DNA from: Macrostomum hystrix
Taxonomy: Eukaryota > Animalia > Platyhelminthes
Reading direction: 5' to 3'
Assembly (NCBI GenBank): GCA_950097015.1
Contig: CATNEN010000029.1
Location: 2,666,001-2,730,000 of the forward strand
DNA: 64,000 bases
Shown: piece after piece, positions 12,455 through 22,700 of the stretch
Numbering within the stretch: position 1 is the stretch's first letter
How the letters are laid out: each line of letters begins with the position of its first letter
The notes under the pieces: generated by a model
What the model saw: the letters and a program-made list of their open reading frames with translations, nothing else
Told to the model about the DNA's origin: nothing
Database searches by the model: none
Position numbers and translations under genes: made by a program

Positions 12455-13570
12455 AATTAAAACATTAGTAAGAATAGAAAGCATTGCTTTCCACATTGCT
12501 ATTTCGAAATCTAGCACTACACTGCTCACTTTGAGACTGAGAACCAATTCCAACAGTGTCTTCAGCACACTCCAATAGTCCCAAGTGCTCTTGCCTGACA
12601 TCAGGAGATACACCAATGGTACCTGCTTAATGTTTTCATCTTGTCAGACATAACTATGTAGAATATTTAGCTGTTGGAAGGGTTCCCTTCAACAAAGAAT
12701 GTTCTATCTCTGTACCACTCCTTGTACTGACCAAGGAGTTCTATTTGCCTATCATTCACAAAGATGAAATGTCACTTGCCTGTTCTGCTCACACACACAA
12801 TGTGCTAGAGAAAGTCTGTAGGAAAAGCCTTGTGGAGAACTTCAAACTCCAAGGTTCCAAGGTTCCTGAGGATGCTTAGCTGCACATGCATGGTTAGCAG
12901 ACTTTGCTAGAAGTTGTGATCTTGGCAGCTCTGGGAGCTTTTCAATACTGTGTCCATGCTCCAGAACAACTTGCTCAGCAATTTCTGTCGCTGCAGTAAA
13001 CAACTGATGCTTTGCATGGTCATGTACTTATTGTGAAATTTCTTGTCAAAGTGCTGGCTGTCCAACAGGTTTACACAAATGTGCATTCTTACCACCACTA
13101 TATTGGCCATTTGTCTCTACAACCAAGGTAGCACATTTGACTTAGGTGTTCTCAACAGGCAATGCCAGTATGTTCTTTCCCCTTGAGTGATTTGTCGGCT
13201 ATAGCTATAGCCATTGGACTAAACTAGTATGTCTTTCTCCTTGCTGGATGATTGTGGCATGAGATGGAAACTGATTGGCTGTTGAGGCATGACAACAGCC
13301 GGTGGTTCCTCATCTTCTAGTGAGCTCCCTAGAATCACCTCCGGCATATTCACATCAGTAGTTGGATCTTCTGGATGAGCCAGTGTGTCATTATCTTTAT
13401 GCGACAACGCCACCTCTTTCATGTCCATAGCACAATTCTGGCAATTCGAGCTGAATGACTCATTGGCATCAATGATTTCAACATAAGCTTGCTGAGAAAT
13501 GCCCAAGTCGCATTCTTGCCACTTCTGACAAGTATCTCATTGTGGTTTTCATGGATTTGCCATCGGCAAA
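12455..13570 (-). mobile_element. Decayed Mutator-like (MULE) transposase with N-terminal PHD finger
   Basis: Hand translation across stops and frameshifts: HCTVC..TCQKWQECDLGISQQAYVEI..CQNC (PHD), LPELPRSQLLAKSANH..HPQEPWNL, RQIELLGQYKEWYRDRTF, EPFQQLNILHSYV*..KQVPLVYLLMSGKSTWDY..VVLDFEIAMWKA (MULE DDE domain motifs). Confidence 0.8.
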
Positions 13571-14380
13571 CAGTACAGTGATTTATTTATGAAAAATAAA
13601 ACTCAGTGCACACAATGTTAGTGTTTAATGCTATACAAAAATGTATGATTGATGCTTTATGTATAGTGCGCCAGTGTGCCTAAAATGTATGCAACATGTA
13701 TAACAATGCCTGATGCAAACAATCCAATAATTTGTGCACATTCTGCTGCTTGCTTAATGACCACCAATGGCTGTCCCGAAAACGGGACACATTAGCATTC
13801 TGTTGACGCCTAGAAACTTAGTGAGGATATCTATAATTCCCACAGACTACACACCCATTGCTGATGGCTGTGTGCCAAAAATGGAACATCTGAGAACAAT
13901 AACATATATAGTAGTCTTTTTATTGGAGAAAACATTTGTTTATTAGATAATCTGAATGAAGAGTAGGCAATACATTTTGTGAACTTTTAACAAAGCATTT
14001 AGTAAAATATAATGACCTAGGATGTTAGGCGGTAAATTAAAAAAGCATTATGTGATGCAAAAACCAGACCAAAATAATAATGTAGAGCTGACTGGATTAG
14101 GGAAGAAACTATGTGAATAGAATTGATTAGAGGAGAGTTAGTTCTGCGGGGGGAGTGGGAGCAAAGACATGTAAGGCAAAACAGTGCAAAACTATACAGT
14201 TCAACTAATACAGAATAGCACAACTCAGTGCTGTTCTGTCTTGCATATAGAAGAAGTTTTGTAAAACAAAGCAACATTTTTATAGAGAACAAAACACATT
14301 TTATAATTCAGAACAGCAAATTATCATAAAACGAAGCATTGCAAACTTATGTACATATTGAGAAAAGTAGTACAAGGTTA

Positions 14381-15366
14381 AAGAGCAAACGTCAAAACAA
14401 ACATTGATTCTATTTAAACTGCCGACGCATTTTGTCCAAAGTGGACATCTTCAGGGCAAACAAACCAACAAAAAACACAACCAAAAATGTATTTAAATTA
14501 AATATAAAAAATTTCGTGAACAAAAACAAACAGATGGAACAAAGAAACATGTACATGCTGTAAACTTTTATATCAAGGAACCAATCAGTGAAGATTCACT
14601 GCACCACCTCGACAAGATCAAAAATTCTTGAGTTGCTGCTTCATACCCTTACTCACAAGTTGAACATTCAAGCTAGGGTTGTACTTCCTAATGTATGTAG
14701 CTTCCAACAATTTAAGTTTTTTATCGTTGTTACATACACCCATCACCTTGAACAACTGCATAGGCTCACAGTCACAACATGCCTTGCACACAAATAGGTG
14801 GTCTTTAATGGCTGAAGACCCAAGCCAGTGCTCCCTCACCCTCTTGTGCAGATGCCATTTCGTTTTTCCAATATAGGAAACACCCTGGTCAACAGAGCAT
14901 TGAAATTGATAGATGACACCAGCCTTAAGAGGGAGAGGAACACTAGATTTGACCCTGCTCTCCCAAGCACTGGCTTGGGTCTTCGGCCATTAAATTGTTG
15001 GAAGCTACGTACATTAGGAAGTACAACACTAGCTTGAACATTCAACTTGTGAGTAAGGGTATGGAGCAGCAACTCAGAATGTTTTGATCTCGCTGTGCGT
15101 GGTGGTGAGGTAGATGCACCTTCTTCACTGATTGGTTCGTTGATATAAAAGTTTACAGCATGTACATGTTTCTTCATTCCTTCTGTTTGTTTTTGTTCAA
15201 TCAAATTTTTTTGATTCAATGTAAATACATTTTCGGTTGTGTTTTTTGCTGGTTTGTTTGCCCTGAAGATGTCCGCTTTGGACAAAACACGTTGGCAATT
15301 TAAATAGAATCAATGTTTGTTTTGACATTTGCTCTTTTGCTACTTTTAAAGCGAGCTACATTACCA
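14381..15366 (-). mobile_element. 5'-truncated Penelope-like retroelement with inverted pLTR; intact GIY-YIG endonuclease domain at ~14955-14618
   Basis: Minus strand KAGVIYQFQCSVDQGVSYIGKTKWHLHKRVREH..KLKLLEATYIRKYNPSLNVQ; ~330-bp inverted arms (14381-14706 and 14990-15338); 13-bp direct repeat TAGTACAAGGTTA at 14368 and 15367; CTGAAGATGTCC..GGAC hammerhead-like motifs in both arms. Confidence 0.85.
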
Positions 15367-15374
15367 TAGTACAA

Positions 15375-16004
15375 GGTTATGAATAGAAAACAGGCAAAAA
15401 CGGATGCATTTTGGCTAATGGCCCCTCCTGTACATCTGTGCAGTTGTAAAAGCGCATGCAGGAAAGAATTTGCTTGAATCTATTACCTTGAGAGAGCATT
15501 GGGCTAGGATAGAAAAGAGCAATGGCAATCAGGATCCTGGCTCCAGTAGTTGCTCATCTCTAGCTTCTTGTCCAGGCACATCAGCAGAACAATCTCAAAC
15601 AGTTTCCTCACCTCATCGTTAGTGCAGTCACGCCAGTTCATCACCAGTTTTGGAACTTGTTCCTCCTCAATGCAGTCTTCAAAATCTTCCATGCCTTCTT
15701 GTTTGTATAGTATATTGACGCTTGAAATCATATTATCTGTGAGATACAAGTTCAGGAACTTGTCCTCATTCCCATCCGCTGAGTCAGGTGGAGTCTAAGA
15801 TGGACAAACTCCTGGCATTCCCACAAATTCTGCAGCATTTATGACAGCATCCTCCTCTGCGTTTACCATCTGCCATTCTGTCACTTCGCCAACTTCTGCC
15901 TCTTTCGTCCCATCTGCCTCCTCCGCACCTTCTTCTAGTTCCTGGTCTGTTGATCCATCCAGCAAATCGTCATCAATAAAATAATCTTTGTTGGAGGATT
16001 CCAT
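15375..16004 (-). mobile_element. piggyBac-like transposase N-terminal fragment (pseudogenised)
   Basis: Acidic N-terminus, then WRDCTNDEVRKLFEIVLLMCLDKKLEMSNYWSQDP and, after a frameshift, NRFKQILSCMRFYN..LAKMHP, matching the DDE_Tnp_1_7 N-terminal pattern; no catalytic core seen. Confidence 0.7.
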
Positions 16005-16310
16005 TCAAAAAAAGTAATTAAGGCCCAAAAATTAGCTGTATACCGAAAAAATCGGCTAGCACAACATTTTTGGCAGCCTGCCAACCATGCACACCACTGC
16101 GGCAGCCAGCGGCAGCCTGCACACCACTTTCATTTATACCATGCTAACAGCTAATCCTACCCCCACAGGTTGGGGGAGGGTGTTGGAGGAGTATTGATTG
16201 ATGCTTGTACCGAAATGAATGTACATGGCTCTGTCACTCTTTCTCTCTCCCTCTCAGTGTGAACACAGTGGCTTAGGCTTGGTGCGCCTTTTTACTTTGT
16301 GTCACAAATA

Positions 16311-17757
16311 CACTCAGCCACATTGAAAAGTTTCCACCCTAGTGCACGAAGGGGCAACATTTTGGTCTGTGGAGATATTCGTGGTTTGAGCCATAGACAA
16401 ATATATAATCCAGAATCGACCGAAGCAAAGGAACAGCAAAGAAACAAAGTACGCGAGCATGGGTGACAACTTGCCCAGAACAGGGTCAGTAATGCGTATA
16501 GCAGCCACGTGAGTGCAGCAGAGCGCTCACTCTCCGGGGCATCCCCAGAACCAGGCGTCGCAGAAAATCTTGCGGTAGTTGTTGCCATGCAGTAGACAGT
16601 GATTCGCGCAGTTGGGCAACATTTTGTGGCAGATTGTCGCGCCGAATCGAGCGCTTCAGGTAATCCCAAACGTGCTCTATGGGATTCATGTCCGGTGATC
16701 GGGACGGCCAGTGCAAGGTTCGCAGGTGCAGCAGCTCCTTCAGATGCGCCACAGCAGCTGCGCGATGCGGTGGGGCGTTGTCGTCTTGGAGGACGCAGTT
16801 CCCCACGCCACCACATGAAGCATCAATGAAGGGCAGCAGGCGCGTCTGTAGAAGGTTGGTGTACGACTCGGCAGTCACAGTCGCATCCAGGAACACGAGC
16901 TCCGTCTTCGCGTGCATTGTGATGCCTGCCCACACGTGAATAGAAGCTGACTGGCTCTCAGAGTTTTGCACATGCTGCGGCAGCATCTCCTGGCGTGGCT
17001 GGCGCCACACGCGAATGCGGCCGTCGGCACGGAACAATCGAAAGCGGCTCTCATCTGTGAAAATCACTCGCCGCCACTGCTGCTGCCTCCAGTGGACCCT
17101 TTGCATTGCCCATTGTTCCCGGCTGGCCACATGGGTTGGGGTCAGGCGTGACCGTTTGCGCATCTTACGGGATCGCAGCCCCGACTCCCGCAATCGTCGT
17201 CGGATGGTTTGGGCGCTCAGGACATTCCCTCGCCTGCTTCTTTCAGCCGACATCAGCCGTAGCAGGGTGGCTGGCAATGTGGGGCTTCCCTTTACCATTC
17301 GCAGCAATCGCCAGTCCGCCCTCCTAGTTGTACTGCGCATATTGAGCCGCAGGCCGCGCGTGGCGTGCGCCACGCTGCCCGTTTCTCTGCACTTGATCTG
17401 CAGTTTGCGGATTGCTGTGTGTGACCGCCCAATTTGGCGAGCAACAGCTCGGATGGACATCCCAGCGTCCAGCATGCCAATGGCGCGCGCTCGTTCCAGG
17501 TCGGTCATTTGGCAAACCATTGCATTCGGTTGCGAACGTGGATTTTAGACTCCTGTAAGATGCTGCTGTCTGCTCCATGTGACTGTTTCCTTCAACTTGT
17601 CTGGCGTCTATGACCCAAGTTTTTGAATTCTATGGCCCAAGTGCGTGTTGACGAAATCATCAATCGTCTATGGCACAAGTCTGGCAACAAAAACCAGTTT
17701 TGAAACTCTAAATATGCAATTTGCGCGAGGGTGGAAACTTTTCAATGTTGCTGAGTG
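16311..17757 (-). mobile_element. Tc1-family DNA transposon, full length (1447 bp)
   Basis: 30-bp TIRs CACTCAGCCACATTGAAAAGTTTCCACCCT (16311-16340) and inverse (17728-17757) with 1 mismatch; TA on both sides. Confidence 0.96.
16486..17520 (-). CDS. Tc1-like DD34E transposase, 344 aa, uninterrupted
   Basis: Paired-like HTH N-terminus, VIFTDESRF, QDDNAPPH..WPSRSPDMNPIEHVW with 34 residues between second D and E. Confidence 0.96.
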   Translation of the reverse strand: MVCQMTDLERARAIGMLDAGMSIRAVARQIGRSHTAIRKLQIKCRETGSVAHATRGLRLNMRSTTRRADWRLLRMVKGSPTLPATLLRLMSAERSRRGNVLSAQTIRRRLRESGLRSRKMRKRSRLTPTHVASREQWAMQRVHWRQQQWRRVIFTDESRFRLFRADGRIRVWRQPRQEMLPQHVQNSESQSASIHVWAGITMHAKTELVFLDATVTAESYTNLLQTRLLPFIDASCGGVGNCVLQDDNAPPHRAAAVAHLKELLHLRTLHWPSRSPDMNPIEHVWDYLKRSIRRDNLPQNVAQLRESLSTAWQQLPQDFLRRLVLGMPRRVSALLHSRGCYTHY

Positions 17758-19768
17758 TATACTTTGTGCAGTGTGAGGCTATGTTTGTGTATATAGCACA
17801 GACCATTCAGCAAGCAGTAAAGGGGGTGCTATGGGCAGCATCAGCGCCTTCTGTCAAATAGTCTATGGCCCAAAAATGGGACATTGACATATAAACAAGT
17901 GTGCGTAAACGTCTCAAGCTCGTGTATAGTTTATGGCCCAAAGGCCATCAAAGAAATAGATTGAAGTGTGCAGTAAATTCCGCAACTGTGTGGTAAATGT
18001 GCGGCTACTTGATCTCTGTGCCATCCCTCTTCTGAGCTACTATGCAGTAAATCCCAGACAGGTATTGTCTATGGGCCGAAGGAGCTGGTCTTGCGCACAC
18101 ACACTTGGTCATAAATCAATGCACTTATGCTAGGCTTCCTAGTGCGTAAATAGTCTATGGCACTTGGAAGCCTAGCATAAATCTACCAGCCATCTGCAAA
18201 GGGGGTGATAGCTAACCATGCCCGTCTTGTAGAGGTTAAGCTGCAGAGACACCACACTGAGCAACACACAGTCAGACTTGGCCAATGTGGCTATGGCTAT
18301 TAAGAGAGCCATTTATGTCAATAACTCATGACATTAAAATTTAAGAATGTAACTATTACTTGTTTTTCTTTGAGTACTAATGACTTGGTATTCTTGAATG
18401 AAATAATAAAGATATAAAACATGACGCTTTCTCAGTTACTGAAGTGTACCGATAATTTTACTGAAGTGTCTGTTACCAAAATGGACTATGACCAAATGCT
18501 ATATAATTGAGGTTCTCCTTCAGTTGTGACCCATATCTAGACAAAGAAGTGTGATAAGTTAGCAATTTTCACCATTGGTTAGGCCATATCCATTGTTAAC
18601 TGGGACAAATTTGTGAAGCTTAAAGAATAATGAATATTTATCAATTTATAAGCAATCACAAAAGAAAGCTTTAAATGTATATTTCCATACTCTCGTAAAT
18701 GTATCATCATAAAAACATATCTCCTAAGCTTAAAAATCAAATCTAAAGGTATATGACGAATAAAATTCTAAAGACTTTGCTTTAATTGCATTTGCTTCAT
18801 TATCACCACAAATCTTCAACCACCTACTATGGAACTGTCACCTATTCACTAAAGAGCAATGATTTTTTACTACCACATGTGATCCAACTTAGTCATAGAG
18901 CTTAGAATGGTTTTGCATAGCTGCTTATTTTGGAAACATTCGTGACATTTTACCAAGCAGTAAATACCACTAACTGCACTCACATGGTGAACCTTTGAGA
19001 ATGCACCCTTAACTGCACCATTGAGAACAACTGTCTTTGACTGGTGTATTGAATATTGTTAAGGTAGAGTGTTCCTTAAAGATGAGGCTCTTAGACTGGT
19101 TATGCCTTTATTTGCACAGTAAATTTTAGTTTATGATGTTATGTAAGCATTCTATGATGCAAGTAAAATAAAGACCAGGAATCACTCTGATGTTGAACTT
19201 GACCACTAACCTGGCACTTAGTTTTGTGACCATACACATAAAGACATTCACTTTGGGTCTTATCTACTCCCATTAATGTGCACTCCTCTGCTATAGCATT
19301 TAACTAGTATCCCATTTAGCAAGCAACATTGTAGATGATATATTTAGGGTTAATATCCACAAATAGAGTGTATAAATTGACTTTTTTGGCTTTTGATTAC
19401 TTCACTTAAAATAGAAAACCTTTTTTTGTCCCTTCTTGTATTCTTCTTTCCACTCATTTCCAAGTGGATTTGTACTCCACTTTGTAGTGGACTACTTTTT
19501 TTAACATTTTTGTAGTCCTATATTCTACATTTAGACAGAAATAATAAATTATGTCAAATGAATGACTAGGGCAAATAAATGTAACATCATTAAAATTTAT
19601 AACATCATAATTTTCTGACATTCAAAGTTTTTTATGTCGAGAAACTACCATATTAGTACTTGCCAATACTTTTAAGCTATTTTAAACCATTGTACTCTGC
19701 TTTATTCCAGTTGGATACTGACAGACCTAAACTAAATCTACTCAAAGATAAATTAATATAATAAACCA

Positions 19769-22700
19769 ATGGACTGCTTCAAAGCTGCGATGCGATCGGG
19801 CGAAAATGGAAAGCCTAGTAAGGAGCCGTTGCGATCAAGCCATCAGCAGCAGCAGTCACCGGCTCCATCTGTTCCAAAGCGTTCTAGCAGCGAGCATAGG
19901 CATGAACGCAATCAGCGGCAATTGGACTTTGAGATGCCCTACGATCCTATAGAGTTGGATAACAATGCGCTATCTGAAGACTTGGCGCAGCGGGGCAGAG
20001 ATCTGGCGCTTTTAGAAGAGGAAGACCAGCATCACGATTCGCATCGCCGCCAGCGCGACTGGTGGGAGACACTGTTCCCAGCCAGGTTTGCGCTGAATGA
20101 CTCTAATTCGGATGGAGACTCTGAGGCTGGTGCCGATCCTGCAATGTCACTGCCAGGACGGCGAGAAAATGCCTACAGGTGCGATCAATAGATAGTCACG
20201 TTTTTTGCTAGAAATAGCCTAGCAACATAGTTAAAAACTGCACCTGCCCTGATTGGGTCGTCTGTCATACCGAGGCACAGAACCCTATCTACTTTCGCCA
20301 AAAAACTATAGCTGCTTTCTATTCTTAGAAACCCTCTCTACTTTTACTTCTTAGAAAACATAGATACTTTATCTTCCTAGAAACCTGAACTGTCTTTCTG
20401 ATTTATCATTTCTCTCTACTTGAAGAGTACAGTCTCTTCGAGTTACAACTTACCCATCGTCTTCAACCTGGCAGGCGGGTTTGGGAGCGGCTGCAGCGGG
20501 AAGAAGCCGAAGCCGCTGCGGCCGCCACCGCCGCCAGGCGATCCTCTTCAACAGACGCCTCCACCGAGGCTGACGGCCCAGCAACTAGTGGCGCTAGGCG
20601 GCAACGGGCACTGGTGTCTTCTTCCAGGCCCTCGTCTGCCGACTGTCTATGGACTTCAGAGGAGTTGCGACTGTTTCGCAACGAATTGGCCAAATTGCAT
20701 AAGGAGAATCACGTCCTGAAGGCTGCAGTCAGGTTTCAAGCTGAAAGGTAGGTAGAAATCTAATAAAAGTGTTTGAGCAGTTAGTCTACCAAGTTAAATC
20801 CGAAAAGGGGGAGCTTAGCTAGAAGATTGTTTTCTCCAATTGACTCAAATTGGTGAACTTCGCGACTTTCTTTAATCTTTTAATTTAATAGATTTAATTT
20901 AATAGTAATTTAGTAATTTAATAGTAATTTAATAATTTAATTTAATTTAATTTAATAGATTAAATTCTTTAATCTATAATCAACATAGATTGTTTAATAA
21001 TAAATTTCAACGCGTTTCGGTACCTCATCTTCAGAGTCTGTGGTATATTTTTTCGCAAACGCATTAATATTTATAATAATATGGATAATTCTTTGTTGCA
21101 ACAGCTGTTGTGACAGTGAGCAAACTCAGCAGTTTAAAATTATTGATCGCGGTAGGACTGGCTCAATATACTCGAATCTTACCAATAATTTTCTTTGGCA
21201 GCTTGGACAACAAACTAATTAGCAGTTTGGATGGAGTTTATTTTGTGGCAGTGGAAGCAAAAGGTGAGGCAGATAGAAAGGAACATGGACACGCTTGAGG
21301 GCACGCTTACACGCTAAGAGAACCTGTAACGGAGAGGTGGTCTTGTACATAGATATAAAAGTGGTAAACGCAAATGGATGAGGTCACAGACAATAAATAA
21401 GGTTAGCTGCAACTAATGTGCTGAAGGGACTAAAAGTCCATTAGGAACGCAAGACTAAGAATTGGAGGAATATAATTCCGACAGGCTCTGGGGGGCGAAA
21501 AAATGAATAAAAAAGTTGGAGGATAAATTCTGATATTTTGTGGGCGAACAACTGGCAAACTGGCGCAACCTAGTACAGAACGAGATAGTCGGCGAAGGAG
21601 TTATCCGATAGCGTATACGAAAGAGGTATGTAAACGCTTTCCGAAAAGAAGACAGGTCACACGTCAAAGATCCCATCTCGAATCTATTGACGGTGGAGCG
21701 CACGACGGTCGCGGGCAGTCAGGCCGCCGGCAGTGGAGCCAACCGTCGAGCCGCCGGGCGAGTCGGCGGATGGATCTGCAGTCATCGCGGTGGGCTGCGC
21801 AGCGCCGGTGTCGCACTCGAGCGGGACGAGGTGGGCAACGGACCGGCGGACCTCGTGGCCAGAAACAGTGCGAACGGTGACGTAACGCAGGATGCCAGCG
21901 GGATCCGGGTGCAGCTGGCGGATACGGCATAGTTTTCACGTCCCTCGGGGCGTTGGCTCGGCAAGAAGGCAGGCCTGGTCCAGGTGGAGCTGACTGGCGT
22001 GCTGGCGGTGGCGACGCCGCTCCTGAATATGGATACAGCGGAGATGTTTGAGATACTCCTGGCTCCACCGGCTCCAGAACACGATGAGGATGGCGTCGCA
22101 GCGACGATGAAGAGCTCGGAGGCGGTCTGCAGTGGAGGTGTCGGCAGGCAGGAAGGTGTCGTCGATGACTGGAAGGAGCAGGTGAGGGCCTACTCCAAGA
22201 AGATGAGCCGGAGTCAGCGGCAACGGATCTGCTGGGTCTGGGTCGTTGGAGACGGTGGTCAGTGGCCGACAGTTGAGGATGGCCTCGATCTTGACGAGAA
22301 GAGTGTGTAGCTCTAGTGTAGCCGAAATTGGAAGGCAGGAGCTCGGCACCGGGCTTGAACGGCGGATCGACGAAGATGCGACCATCGGGGTCGCAGGTGG
22401 AGGAGGCGAGGAGTCGCTGAGTGGGTCCGTCATCCTGCAGGCAGGGCGTTCCGGCACCTTTGTCGATGCCGAGAACCTCGAGATTCGACATACTGTCGAG
22501 TAGCTGTTCGAGACGGAGTCCGTTGTCGTTGAGATAGGTGTTAGCGACTAGTGCCTGAGACGAGCCTAGGAGGCCGTTGACGCGGCTGTTCGTTGTGCCT
22601 AGGGAGCCGTTGAGGATGGCACCGAATGGTGTCAGGTAGGCCGTGAGCGTTGGGCGCAGCGCCAGAGCAGGAACCGCGGGGCCGATGAGTAGTTGGTTGA

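Larger units (their letters stand above)
12265..18500. mobile_element. Composite TIR-bounded element (probable MULE) containing nested insertions
   Basis: Inverted repeats: TTTGGTAACAGACATTTCAGTA and GAAGAATACCAAGTCATTAGTCCTCAA (12337-12418) versus TTGAGTACTAATGACTTGGTATTCTTG and TACTGAAGTGTCTGTTACCAAA (18369-18481); exact ends and TSD unresolved. Confidence 0.55.

Noticed and set aside
16486-17520. Bacterial IS630 contamination
   Set aside because: DD34E spacing, Tc1-type motifs and integration at TA within eukaryotic repeats indicate a native Tc1
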